This document shows positions 49,641 through 58,757 of a DNA stretch of 64,000 bases, in pieces. Source of the stretch: an uncultured Fibrobacteraceae bacterium (GTDB lineage: Bacteria > Krumholzibacteriota > Krumholzibacteriia > LZORAL124-64-63); contig CAYMCR010000003.1 in NCBI GenBank assembly GCA_964389015.1, forward strand, positions 43,604-107,603. Direction: 5' to 3'. Below the pieces are notes generated by a model that saw only the letters and a list, made by a program, of their open reading frames with translations, was not told the DNA's origin and did no database searches. The stretch's first letter is position 1, and each line of letters opens with the position of its first letter. A program made the position numbers and the translations under genes.

Positions 49641-51421
49641 GCGGGGAGCGCGGAGCGATGCAGGAGAGACACCACATCCAGTCGAGAATCATGCGCGGCG
49701 TGATCCTGCTGCTGTTCGGCGTGATCGTGGCTGAACTGTTCGTCCTGCAGATCATCCAGCACGATCACTACATGGGCCAATCCCTGCAGAACCGACAGGT
49801 GAGGATCCGCGTGAAAGCCCCCCGGGGACGTGTCCTGGATCGCGAGGGTCAGGTCCTGGCCGACAACGTCTATTTGGCCGATATCACGCTGCCTCGCGCC
49901 TGCCTGGGCGAGGCCGGTCCCGATTCCACGCTGGCCAAGCTGCTGCGCTGGTTTTCGCTGCCGGAGACCGAGACCCTGTCACGTCTGCGCGACCAGAAGG
50001 AGGCCGGCCGGCCGCGTCTGACCCTGGTGGCCAACGCCGACATGCCGCGGATCGCGACCGTGGAGGAACGCCGGCGGGAGCTGCCCGGTGCGCGTGTCGA
50101 GGCGCGGGCACGTCGCCGCTACAAGCACGGCGCGCGCTTTGCCCACATCATCGGCTACGTGGGCGAGGTGAGCCCGGAAGAAGTGGGCGACGAGGACGAC
50201 CACCGGGCCTACCAGCCGGGTGACACGGTCGGACGCGAGGGACTCGAGGCCGCCTGGGAGGATGAGTTGCGTGGGGAGGCAGGCCTCTTCCTCAAGGAGA
50301 TCAACGCCGTGGGGCGTGTGGTCGGCCGCCGCGACGTCCCGCTGTGGCCCGTCGTTCCCGGCGAGGACATCACCCTGACCCTCTCGCTCGCGTTGCAGGA
50401 CAGTCTTGCCACCGCCATGTCCGGGCGACCCGGGGCGGCGGTGGCCTTGTCCCTGCCGACCGGCGAAGTGCTCGCCGCGGTCAGCAACCCGGCCTTCGAT
50501 CCCAACCTCTTCACCAGGGGCATCTCGTCGCGGGAATGGCGCAGTCTACTCGACGATCCTAAGCACCCCTTCCTCAACCGACTCGTACAGGCTACCTATC
50601 CACCCGGTTCGCCGTACAAGATCGTGACCTCGCTGGCGGGTCTGGAGACGGCGGTGGTCGGGCAATGGACGCATCTCGAGCCCTGCTTCGGCTCGTACCG
50701 TTTCGGCAACCGGCGTTTCCGGTGCTGGAAGCGTTCCGGCCACGGCGAGTTGGATCACGTCGGCGGTTTGGTGCATTCCTGTGACGTGTTCTACTACCAG
50801 CTGGGCTTACGTCTCGAACTGGAGCAACTGGAGACCATGGCGCGCCTGCTCGGTCTGGGGGAGAGGACCGGGTCGCCGTTCACGGCCGAAGTGGCCGGGA
50901 ACGTCCCGAACACGGTCTGGTACGACGACCATTACGGCCCGGGCCGCTGGACCCGGGGCGTCCTGTTGAACAATGCCATCGGCCAGGGTGAGCTACTCGT
51001 CACGCCGCTGCAGATGGCCGTGCTGACGGCGCGCGTGGCCGTCGACGACCGGGATCTGAAACCACATTTCAGGCTGGGAGCGGACGGCGAAGTCGGGGTC
51101 GCCCCGCGGTCCTTGTCCCTCCAGGCCGGTCATCTCGACTGGCTGCGCAGCACCATGACCCGGGTCGTCGATATGGGCACGGGTACACGGGCGCGGCTGG
51201 AGGCGATCGAAGTCGCCGGCAAGACCGGCACGGCCCAGAACCCTCACGGCGAGGACCACGCCTGGTTCGTGTGCTTCGCGCCGGCTTCCGCGCCCGTCGT
51301 CGCGTTCGTGGTCATACTCGAACACGCCGGGCACGGTGGCGCGGTCGCCGCGCCGGTGGCGGCGCGCTGGCTCACGTCGTACTTCGCGTGGCGCGACCGG
51401 CTGACCCCGGGAGGTGCCTGA
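49637..51421 (+). CDS. mrdA: Penicillin-binding protein 2
   Basis: APRGRVLDR, SxxK (YPPGSPYK), SCD, KTG (GKTGTAQ), DHAWF. Confidence 0.95.
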   Translation: MSGERGAMQERHHIQSRIMRGVILLLFGVIVAELFVLQIIQHDHYMGQSLQNRQVRIRVKAPRGRVLDREGQVLADNVYLADITLPRACLGEAGPDSTLAKLLRWFSLPETETLSRLRDQKEAGRPRLTLVANADMPRIATVEERRRELPGARVEARARRRYKHGARFAHIIGYVGEVSPEEVGDEDDHRAYQPGDTVGREGLEAAWEDELRGEAGLFLKEINAVGRVVGRRDVPLWPVVPGEDITLTLSLALQDSLATAMSGRPGAAVALSLPTGEVLAAVSNPAFDPNLFTRGISSREWRSLLDDPKHPFLNRLVQATYPPGSPYKIVTSLAGLETAVVGQWTHLEPCFGSYRFGNRRFRCWKRSGHGELDHVGGLVHSCDVFYYQLGLRLELEQLETMARLLGLGERTGSPFTAEVAGNVPNTVWYDDHYGPGRWTRGVLLNNAIGQGELLVTPLQMAVLTARVAVDDRDLKPHFRLGADGEVGVAPRSLSLQAGHLDWLRSTMTRVVDMGTGTRARLEAIEVAGKTGTAQNPHGEDHAWFVCFAPASAPVVAFVVILEHAGHGGAVAAPVAARWLTSYFAWRDRLTPGGA

Positions 51422-52692
51422 TGCGGCAGGACTGGTTACCGCGCGCCTCCTCCGGGACGATCCTGCTGTGGTCCTTCGCGGCGCTCTGCCTCTACAGCCT
51501 GGCGACCTTGTGGAGCGTGACCGAGGGTATCCGCGGACCCTACGAGATGACCGATTCGGGCATCGCCAAGGCTGTCTTCTGGCGTCAGGCTGTCTGGGTC
51601 GGCATCGGCTGGCTCGCCCTGTTGGCGGCTAGGCGGACATCGCTGCAGTTCTTCGAGGAATCCGCGCCGCTGTTGTATCTGGTGGCCGTGGTCATGCTGG
51701 TGCTGGTGCTGGCGATCGCGCCCGAGATCGCCGGCGCCAGGCGCTGGTTCAGCCTGGGCCCGCTGCGTCTGCAACCCTCGGAGCCGGCCAAGATCGCCCT
51801 GGTGCTGGTGCTGGCGCGGCTGTTCAGCACCTATGCCTCGCGCGACAGACAGCTCCTGCCCGTGATCGGTTCGCTGCTGCTGGCGGCGATCCCGCTGGCG
51901 CTGGTTCTCCGGGAACCCGACCTGGGTACGAGTCTCGTGTACGCGGCTCTGTGGTTGGGGGCCGTGTTCTGGTTCGGCTTGTCGTGGATATTTCTCCTCA
52001 GCGTGGGTTCGCCCCTGCTCAGCGCCATCTTCAATTTCTACTCCGAGTCGGTCGTACATCAGGCCTGGCCCTGGGGCGCCTATCTGCTCGTGTTGATGGC
52101 CGGACTCACGGTGGCGCGCTTCCGTCTGCTGGAGAGCTTCCTGCTCGTGCTGGCCAACATCGCAACGGGCATCGGCATGTCGTATTTCTGGGACGGGCTC
52201 AAGCCCTATCAGCAGGAGCGGATCCTCACCTTTTTCGATCCCACGCGGGACCAGTTCGGCACCGGCTATCAGGCCATCCAGTCCAAGGTGGCCATCGGCT
52301 CGGGGGGCCTCTTCGGCACCGAGTACCTGCAGGGAACCCAGAAGGGCCTGGCGTTCCTGCCAGAGCGGCACACCGATTTCATCTTCTCGGTGGTGGGGGA
52401 AGAACTTGGTTTCGTCGGCGCCCTGCTGCTGATCGGCATCTACCTGGTCATCATTCTCAAGGGCCTGGAGATCGCCCGCAAGGCCCGCAAGTCCTTTTCT
52501 TCCCAGGTCGCGATGGGCGTGACGGTCTATTTCGCCTTCCATGTGCTGGTCAACATCGCCATCACGACCGGCTTGCTGCCGGTCACCGGGCTGCCGTTGC
52601 CGGTGATGAGTTACGGCGGCTCGAATCTCGTGGTCTCGGCCTTCATGCTGGGCTTGCTGGTGAACATCGGTTCCCGTACCTTCGAGTCCTGA
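51421..52692 (+). CDS. rodA: Rod shape-determining protein RodA
   Basis: GARRW, LQPSEPAK, EPDLGT, YQQERI, GSGGLFG, LPERHTDFIF, GLPLPVMSYGGS. Confidence 0.96.
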   Translation: MRQDWLPRASSGTILLWSFAALCLYSLATLWSVTEGIRGPYEMTDSGIAKAVFWRQAVWVGIGWLALLAARRTSLQFFEESAPLLYLVAVVMLVLVLAIAPEIAGARRWFSLGPLRLQPSEPAKIALVLVLARLFSTYASRDRQLLPVIGSLLLAAIPLALVLREPDLGTSLVYAALWLGAVFWFGLSWIFLLSVGSPLLSAIFNFYSESVVHQAWPWGAYLLVLMAGLTVARFRLLESFLLVLANIATGIGMSYFWDGLKPYQQERILTFFDPTRDQFGTGYQAIQSKVAIGSGGLFGTEYLQGTQKGLAFLPERHTDFIFSVVGEELGFVGALLLIGIYLVIILKGLEIARKARKSFSSQVAMGVTVYFAFHVLVNIAITTGLLPVTGLPLPVMSYGGSNLVVSAFMLGLLVNIGSRTFES

Positions 52693-52702
52693 GGGAGAGT
52701 GC

Positions 52703-53461
52703 ATGTATCCGCATCTATTCGGCATCGTCAAGAGTTTCGGCCTGCTGCTGGCCGTGAGCTTCGTGATCGGTTTCTGGTTGAGCGTGCGCCGCGGCCGCGG
52801 GCGCGGTTTCGACCCGAACCTAGTGCTCGATTTCTGTCTGACCGTCATGATCTCCTCACTGATCGGCGTGCGCCTCTTCTTCGTGGCGACGCATATCGGC
52901 GATTTCGAGCCTTGGTACGAGGTGTTCTTCATCTGGCAGGGCGGGCTGACGCTCTACGGTGGCATCATCCTGGCCATCTTCGCGGTCTGGTATTTCTGCC
53001 GGCGTCGCCAGGTCGACTTTCTGCCCCTGGCGGACGTGCTCGCGCCCCAGGTGTCGCTCGGTATCGGCATCACCAGGCTGGGTTGTTTCCTGAACGGGTG
53101 TTGCTACGGGAAACCGACCGACGGCCCGCTCGGGATCACCTTTCCTGAGACCTGTGCCGCTGGCTGGGAGACCGGCGGCCTGGCTTTGCATCCCACGCAG
53201 CTCTACAGCTCGGCGGGCGGATTCCTGGTCTTCGCTCTGCTGTTGCTGTGGGAGAGACGCAGCAGCCACCCGGGCGCGACCTTCGCCCGCTTCCTGTTGC
53301 TCTACGGCGTGGCGCGCTTCCTGGTGGACATCTTTCGGATATACGCGCTTGACGATATGGGACCCCTCGGCCTCACGACCAGTCAATGGATCAGCAGCGG
53401 TCTCATCGTGTCGGGGACTTGGCTGCTGCTGACCCGGCGCACCGCAGAAGAGCTGTCGTGA
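52703..53461 (+). CDS. lgt: Prolipoprotein diacylglyceryl transferase
   Basis: WQGGLTLYGG, RLGCFLNGCCYG, HPTQLY, RFLVDIFR. Confidence 0.92.
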   Translation: MYPHLFGIVKSFGLLLAVSFVIGFWLSVRRGRGRGFDPNLVLDFCLTVMISSLIGVRLFFVATHIGDFEPWYEVFFIWQGGLTLYGGIILAIFAVWYFCRRRQVDFLPLADVLAPQVSLGIGITRLGCFLNGCCYGKPTDGPLGITFPETCAAGWETGGLALHPTQLYSSAGGFLVFALLLLWERRSSHPGATFARFLLLYGVARFLVDIFRIYALDDMGPLGLTTSQWISSGLIVSGTWLLLTRRTAEELS

Positions 53462-54360
53462 GACGGGAACGAGGCTCGCCCCTCACCTTGCGTGCCGACG
53501 GCGACGACTGGTTGCGCGACGGCGAGCGTTGGGAACCCGCGGGTCCGTTCTACGCCGTGCTGGGCGATCCTGTCGCACACTCCCTCTCACCCCTGTTCCA
53601 GGGTGCGGCCCTGCGTGCCGAGGGTCTTCCCTACACCTACCACGCGGTGTGGGCTTCGCGCACGGATCTGGCACGCATCTTTCGTGACCGTGGCGGGCTG
53701 GGCCTGCGCGGCTTCAACGTCACGGCACCCCACAAGCTCGCGGCCGCCGGTCTCTGCACCACCCTGACCGATGTGGCTCGTCTCACGGGAGCCGTGAACA
53801 CGGTGCGCCTCACCGACGAGGGTTGGGCAGGCCACAACACGGATGTCGGCGGCCTGCGCGAAGTGCTGGACGGTCTGCTGGGCAGGGAACCGCCCGGCCA
53901 CGGATTGGTCCTCGGCGCCGGCGGCGTCGCCCGGGCGGCCGTCGTGGCGTTGCTGGAAGCGGGTGCCGACCATATCAGCGTGATGGCGCGGCCGGGATGC
54001 GGGTGCGACGCCTTGTCGGTTTGGCTCGCCGCGGACGCCATGCAAGGTCGAGACGTTCGTCTCGTGGACTGGGGTTCGCCTCTCGCTGCCGACGGGGTGG
54101 ACACCGGCTGTGTCTGCGTTTCGTGTGTGCCCGTCGGCGTCGATGTATCCTTCCTCACGCTCGCCGGCGACGTCCAGTCGCCCAGGCTGTGGTTGGACAT
54201 GAACTACGGTGAACACGCGGCCGCGCCGCCCGGAGTGCCCGGCGACCGGGTATGCGACGGCCTGCCCGTCCTGTTGGCTCAGGGCGCCCTCTCCTTTTCC
54301 TGGTGGTTCGACCGTGACGCGCCCCGACGCGTCATGGCGGATGCTCTCGTCGGCGCCTGA
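53458..54360 (+). CDS. aroE: Shikimate dehydrogenase
   Basis: LGDPVAHSLSP, GFNVTAPHK, GAVNT, GHNTD, VLGAGG, DMNYG, LLAQG. Confidence 0.92.
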   Translation: MRRERGSPLTLRADGDDWLRDGERWEPAGPFYAVLGDPVAHSLSPLFQGAALRAEGLPYTYHAVWASRTDLARIFRDRGGLGLRGFNVTAPHKLAAAGLCTTLTDVARLTGAVNTVRLTDEGWAGHNTDVGGLREVLDGLLGREPPGHGLVLGAGGVARAAVVALLEAGADHISVMARPGCGCDALSVWLAADAMQGRDVRLVDWGSPLAADGVDTGCVCVSCVPVGVDVSFLTLAGDVQSPRLWLDMNYGEHAAAPPGVPGDRVCDGLPVLLAQGALSFSWWFDRDAPRRVMADALVGA

Positions 54361-54377
54361 CCGTCCCGCGGGCGCTA

Positions 54378-54413
54378 CATTCTCCCGGCTATTCTCCCGG
54401 ACATCCTCCCGGA
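54378..54413. repeat. Tandem repeat, 3 x 12 bp
   Basis: cattctcccggc, tattctcccgga, catcctcccgga in the aroE-comF gap. Confidence 0.75.
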
Positions 54414-54427
54414 TCGTGGCTAGTTGT

Positions 54428-55222
54428 TTGAGCGCTTGGCTGAAATTCGCTGCCCAGGCCTTGCTGGAAGTGGTGCTCCCCGCGCGCTGTGTGCTCTGCG
54501 GCCGAGCGGCGCCTGTCGACGAGGACGGGGCTGCGACGACAGGCCTGCGCTGGTGTGATGCGCCCCAGCTGTGCCGATCATGTGGCGAATCACTGCTGCG
54601 GCCGGAGCCGTTGGCCGTGACGTTCGGCACCGGCGTCGAGGAATTGCCGGCGGTGGCGGGAAAACCCACCGATGTCGGGCTGGTGGCGATCGTGTCCGCC
54701 TGGAAGTATCGCGGGTACCGTGGCCTGGCGTTGCCGCTGGCCGCACTCGCCGAGACCGGCTGGCATCTCGCGGAAGCCGCCGGCGGTACCGTGGATGCAC
54801 TGGTTCCGGTGCCGCTACATCCCCGACGTCGCCGGGAGAGGGGTTTCAACCAGGCCGAGATGCTGGCATGTGAGATCGGGAGGCGGAGAAATGTGCCCGT
54901 GCATACCGGCCTGCTCGTCCGCAAGCTGGCGACCGCCCAGCAGGCCAAGCTGTCGTCACGTTCCGACGCTCGCGACCGCAATGTCGACGGCGCCTTCGCG
55001 TTCACGGATCAAGGTGCGGGAGCAGTCAGGCGCGTGGGACTCGTGGACGACCTGGTGACCAGCGGCGCAACCGCGCTGGCGGTCGCCTCGTGCCTGCGTC
55101 GGGGTGGCGTGGCGGTGTCCTGGATCCTCGCCGCCGGTCTCGTCCGGGGGAGCTTGACACGCCCGGCCGGCCTATCTACCATCTCTTGCGCTGCGGGAAA
55201 AGATCTGGGCTTGGCAAAGGAC
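54428..55222 (+). CDS. comF: ComF-family phosphoribosyltransferase-like protein, no stop codon before pgk
   Basis: CVLC and CRSC zinc pairs, VPVPLHPRRRRERGFNQAE, PRPP loop LVDDLVTSGAT; frame continues into pgk. Confidence 0.85.
55154..55182 (+). promoter_or_regulatory. Putative sigma70 promoter for pgk within the comF-pgk junction
   Basis: TTGACA, 17 nt, TACCAT; AAAGGA SD before ATG 55223. Confidence 0.7.
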
Positions 55223-56428
55223 ATGATCAAGATGAAGAAGCTGGGACTCGCGCAGATCGATATGACCGGTCAACAGGTGTTGATGCGGGTCGACTTCAAC
55301 GTGCCCCTGGACAAGGACGGGCGCATCACCGACGACACGCGCATCCGCGCGGTCCTGCCGACGGTGCGACATGTGTTGGCCGGCGGTGCCAGCCTGGTGC
55401 TTGCCAGTCATCTGGGCCGGCCCAAGGGCCAGATCGTTCCCGAACTGTCCTTGCGTCCCGTCGCGGACCGTCTCGCGGAACTGGTGGAGGCGCCGGTGCG
55501 GTTCGCCGACGACACGGTCGGTCCGTCGGCTAGAGCCGCGGCCGAAAAGCTCGCGCCGGGAGAAATCCTGCTGCTGGAGAACCTTCGCTTCGCGGCCGAG
55601 GAAACGGACAACGATCCGGCTTTCGCCGAGCAACTCGCCCGGCTGGGCGCCGTCTACGTGAACGACGCTTTCGGCACCGCCCATCGGGCGCACGCCTCAA
55701 CGGTGGGCGCCAGCTCGTACTTCAAGCGCAGCTGTGCGGGGTTCTTGATGGAGAAGGAGTTGGAGAATCTCGGCCGGCTCATGCAGGATCCACCACGACC
55801 CTTCGTGGCGATTCTTGGCGGCGCGAAGGTCAAGGGCAAGGTGGAAGTGATCGAGCACCTGCTCGACGAGGTGGATACGCTGCTGCTCGGCGGGGGCATG
55901 ATCTTCACTTTCTTCAAGGTCCACGGACTCGAAGTGGGGGATAGTCTCGTCGACGAGAGCTGTCTCGAGGTTGCCCAGACCATTCTCACCAAGGCCGAGA
56001 CCTCCCGGGCCAAGCTGCTGCTGCCCGAGGATGTCGTCATCGCTCAGGATTTCAGCGATGACTCCGCGCGGCGCACCGTCCTGGTCACGGACATCTCGGA
56101 GGGTTGGCAGGGGCTGGACATCGGATCCCGAACCGTGGAGAAGTATCGCGAGGCCATCGCCGGCGCCAAGGCGTTGTTCTGGAACGGTCCGTTAGGTGTG
56201 TTCGAGATTCCCGCTTTTGCGGCGGGCACACGCGCGATCGGCGAGGCGGTCGCTGCTGCCACTGACGCCGGCGCGCTTTCTGTCATCGGCGGTGGCGATT
56301 CCGTGGCGGCCGTCAACCAGCTCGGGCTCGCGCAGCGCATCACGCATATCTCGACCGGCGGCGGCGCCTCGCTCGAATTCATGGCGGGCCGCGAGTTGCC
56401 CGGCGTGGCCGCCTTGACCGATTGCTGA
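55223..56428 (+). CDS. pgk: Phosphoglycerate kinase
   Basis: RVDFNVP, ASHLGRP, LLENLRF, VNDAFGTAHRAHAS, LGGAKV, WNGPLGVFE, ISTGGGASLE. Confidence 0.98.
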   Translation: MIKMKKLGLAQIDMTGQQVLMRVDFNVPLDKDGRITDDTRIRAVLPTVRHVLAGGASLVLASHLGRPKGQIVPELSLRPVADRLAELVEAPVRFADDTVGPSARAAAEKLAPGEILLLENLRFAAEETDNDPAFAEQLARLGAVYVNDAFGTAHRAHASTVGASSYFKRSCAGFLMEKELENLGRLMQDPPRPFVAILGGAKVKGKVEVIEHLLDEVDTLLLGGGMIFTFFKVHGLEVGDSLVDESCLEVAQTILTKAETSRAKLLLPEDVVIAQDFSDDSARRTVLVTDISEGWQGLDIGSRTVEKYREAIAGAKALFWNGPLGVFEIPAFAAGTRAIGEAVAAATDAGALSVIGGGDSVAAVNQLGLAQRITHISTGGGASLEFMAGRELPGVAALTDC

Positions 56429-56453
56429 GGCCCCGGGGCGTTTCCCGCCCCGG

Positions 56454-56482
56454 TTGACAACGGTCTGTCGAGGTGTTAGTTT
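56454..56482 (+). promoter_or_regulatory. Putative sigma70 promoter for secG-tRNA
   Basis: TTGACA, 17 nt, TAGTTT with a TG extension. Confidence 0.6.
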
Positions 56483-56546
56483 ATCGATCGCCGCCGCGTC
56501 AGCGGTGGCGTTTCCTTTGCACAGCCTACCAGCGGGAGAATCGCAT

Positions 56547-56945
56547 ATGTTGTACGCCTTTTTCATGATCCTCCACGTGATCATCTGCCTGCTGCTCGTG
56601 GTGGTGGTCCTGATGCAGTCCAGCAAGGGCGGCGGCCTGGCGGGAGCTTTCGGCGGCGGCGGCGGTCTGCCCCAGCAGATGTTCGGGTCCAGCACCCTGA
56701 CGACGGCCCTGCACAAGATGACGGTCTATCTGGCGATCGGTTTTTTCCTCACCTCGGCGATCCTGTTCATGTTGACGGCCGATCGTTCGTCGAACCGGTC
56801 AGTGATCAGCGACGCACTCGATGAAGGCACCTTGACCAGCGACATGACCCTGCCGACATCCGATGCACCCTTGACGACAGAGGTCGACATCGACGCAGCA
56901 CAAGAGCCACAGGCAAGTGACACCGCGGAGGACGAAGGACAATAG
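56547..56945 (+). CDS. secG: Preprotein translocase subunit SecG
   Basis: VLMQSSKGGGLAGAFGG, two TM helices, precedes tRNA-Leu. Confidence 0.95.
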   Translation: MLYAFFMILHVIICLLLVVVVLMQSSKGGGLAGAFGGGGGLPQQMFGSSTLTTALHKMTVYLAIGFFLTSAILFMLTADRSSNRSVISDALDEGTLTSDMTLPTSDAPLTTEVDIDAAQEPQASDTAEDEGQ

Positions 56946-56965
56946 GAAGCGAGTCAACGCTTCGT

Positions 56966-57051
56966 GCTCGGGTGGTGGAACAGGTAGACACGCTATCTTG
57001 AGGGGGTAGTGGCCACAAGCCGTGCGGGTTCAAGTCCCGCCCCGAGCACCA
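56966..57051 (+). tRNA. tRNA-Leu(GAG)
   Basis: Acceptor GCTCGGG/CCCGAGC, D-loop GGTAGAC, anticodon stem CTATC/GGTAG with loop TTGAGGG, long variable arm, GTTCAAGTC T-loop, encoded CCA. Confidence 0.98.
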
Positions 57052-57055
57052 TCAT

Positions 57056-57090
57056 AAAGAGAGATCGGCATAGCCGATCTCTCTTTTTTT
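57056..57090 (+). terminator. Intrinsic terminator after tRNA-Leu
   Basis: 14-bp stem AAAGAGAGATCGGC/GCCGATCTCTCTTT, T-run to 57090. Confidence 0.9.
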
Positions 57091-57092
57091 CG

Positions 57093-57121
57093 TTGACACG
57101 TTTTTTTAAGATCGGAATAAT
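57093..57121 (+). promoter_or_regulatory. Putative sigma70 promoter for the structured leader and histone-like gene
   Basis: TTGACA, 17 nt, AATAAT. Confidence 0.6.
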
Positions 57122-57128
57122 GTCTTTG

Positions 57129-57264
57129 ACTGGTTCGCGAATTGCCCACGACGTCCACCGCCATCAAGGAGATCCATCGAACACGCGCGCAAGATGGCGT
57201 CGGAACTCGGTGGAAGACCGATCGGTGAAGAGGACGTGGACGGAGCCAGTGTCGGACAATTCGT
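57129..57264 (+). ncRNA. Candidate structured RNA with pseudoknot potential
   Basis: Stems 57129-36/57243-50, 57152-58/57236-42, 57159-65/57193-99, 57207-11/57217-21 and crossing stem 57137-44/57257-64. Confidence 0.45.
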
Positions 57265-57321
57265 GGTCGTCCAAGGGTGCGCCGGGCGGCCTGAGTGCAA
57301 TGTCAGCAAGCGAGGTCCAAG

Positions 57322-57573
57322 ATGGAGGAGAGTCTGAAGCTGGCAGCTGCGGCCAAGAAGAAGACCAAGAAGAAGGCCGCAAAGAAGAAGGTGGCCAAGA
57401 AGAAGGTCGCCAAGAAGAAGGTCGCCAAGAGGAAGGTCGCCAAGAAAAAGGTCGCCAAGAAAAAGACGGCCAAGAAAAAGGTGACCAAGAAGAAGAAGGT
57501 CGCCAAGAAGAAGGTGGCCAAGAAGAAGAAGGTGACCAAGAAGAAGAAGGTTGCCAAGAAGAAGAAGAAGTGA
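57322..57573 (+). CDS. Histone H1-like lysine-rich repeat protein (KKKVA repeats)
   Basis: 46 Lys + 1 Arg in the last 72 aa, about 14 K3-5-based repeats, consistent AAG codon use; ATG after GAGGT, alternative CTG at 57340 after GGAGGAG. Confidence 0.85.
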   Translation: MEESLKLAAAAKKKTKKKAAKKKVAKKKVAKKKVAKRKVAKKKVAKKKTAKKKVTKKKKVAKKKVAKKKKVTKKKKVAKKKKK

Positions 57574-57602
57574 CGTAGCGCGCTGCAAGGCGTGGGCTAC
57601 TG

Positions 57603-57639
57603 AAGAGCCGCCGCTCCCGTCAGGGAAGCGGCGGCTCTT
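57603..57639. terminator. Hairpin between convergent genes
   Basis: Perfect 13-bp stem AAGAGCCGCCGCT/AGCGGCGGCTCTT. Confidence 0.8.
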
Positions 57640-57666
57640 GTGTCGTAGGCCCGGTGGCGAGTGGGA

Positions 57667-58518
57667 TCAGTAGATCGGCTTGACGTCGAACAGCCAGGTG
57701 AAGCCGAGAGTGCCCGCCATGGTCGTGACCTGTTCGCTGTATGTCACTTCCTCGGTCGGGAAAGCGAAGGTCGTGGCTGAGAACTGGGCGTTCACGCGCA
57801 AGCTCTCGCCCAGGGGCAGGGCCAGGCCGCCGATGAGCTGGAAATAGAGCGCTGTCTTGTCCTCGAGCACGGAGAAGCGGTTGATGATGCCGCCGAAACC
57901 GGTGCCGAAATAAGGTGTCAGCCACAGGATCTTCAGGGCGTGGGCATCGTATGAGAGGTTGATTCCTCCCATGTAGGACTTGAAGTTACTGTCTTCGCTG
58001 CCGCCCGCGAATCTTGTCTCGTTGTAGAAACCCTCATACCACTGGTCGAGCTCTTGTCCGTAGACGCGCTCGATGAAGAGATCGTCCTCGAAACGGGCCA
58101 TCGAGAGAACGGCCTTCGCGCGGCTGTAGGAGGCGTTCAAGTCGATATGGAAAGAGTCCGAGAGATAGAAGCCGATGTTGAGCCTGTATATCTCGCCGGG
58201 GTCGATCTGCTTGACCGGGGCGTCGAAGCCGTTCGTGGGGCGCTCTGTCCCGAGATTCAGCTCCTCGCTGTTGAAGAGCGTCACGGTGTTCGATCCATCG
58301 GCAAGCTGGGCTCGCTCGTCGATGATTGGCAGGTTCAGATATGTGGTGCCGGAGTAGTAGCCTCCGGAGAAACTGATGCTGATGTTCTTGACGCGACTCG
58401 TCAGTTCCTCCAGGGGAGGCTCAGTTTCGGCCTCGGTATCGGTCTGGGCCGAAGCCGTCGCGGCCGCGAGGCAGGCGATCGACACGGCCATCAACATCAT
58501 CAGTCGTTTCGAGCTCAT
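57667..58518 (-). CDS. Outer-membrane beta-barrel protein (OmpA-like membrane domain)
   Basis: Signal peptide, PYFGTGFG, aromatic-girdle strands, TWLF near the C-terminus; ATG after GAGGTG. Confidence 0.65.
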   Translation of the reverse strand: MSSKRLMMLMAVSIACLAAATASAQTDTEAETEPPLEELTSRVKNISISFSGGYYSGTTYLNLPIIDERAQLADGSNTVTLFNSEELNLGTERPTNGFDAPVKQIDPGEIYRLNIGFYLSDSFHIDLNASYSRAKAVLSMARFEDDLFIERVYGQELDQWYEGFYNETRFAGGSEDSNFKSYMGGINLSYDAHALKILWLTPYFGTGFGGIINRFSVLEDKTALYFQLIGGLALPLGESLRVNAQFSATTFAFPTEEVTYSEQVTTMAGTLGFTWLFDVKPIY

Positions 58519-58728
58519 TGAACACCTCGGCATCGTGTGCGACGGATTCCGGAAGGTCACCCGCAGGCTACGCGCAGAACGGCCCGGGAGCCGGAGACGA
58601 GGACCATTTCCGGTCGACGGGCGCAAAAACTACGGTAATGCAGACCCTCAACCTGGGCAAGGACTTTATCCTTCGCCATTCGCCCCTAAACATAGGGGAT
58701 CAGGCAAGGTAGGACAAGGGGGGTGGGA

Positions 58729-58757
58729 TTGACATGATCCCGGCACATGGTTATGAT
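58729..58757 (+). promoter_or_regulatory. Putative sigma70 promoter for the EF-G paralogue-yebC-ruv genes
   Basis: TTGACA, 17 nt, TATGAT. Confidence 0.75.

Noticed and set aside
57122-57321. tmRNA, RNase P RNA or SRP RNA identity for the structured region
   Set aside because: No tRNA-like ends or tag ORF, no GAGGAAAGTCC, no SRP helix-8 internal loop; kept as an unknown RNA instead
57106-57588. Glu/Gly-rich (57009-57578) and Leu-rich antisense ORFs over the lysine repeat
   Set aside because: They are alternative readings of the AAG-rich repeat; the Lys frame has an SD, an upstream promoter and a downstream terminator-like hairpin
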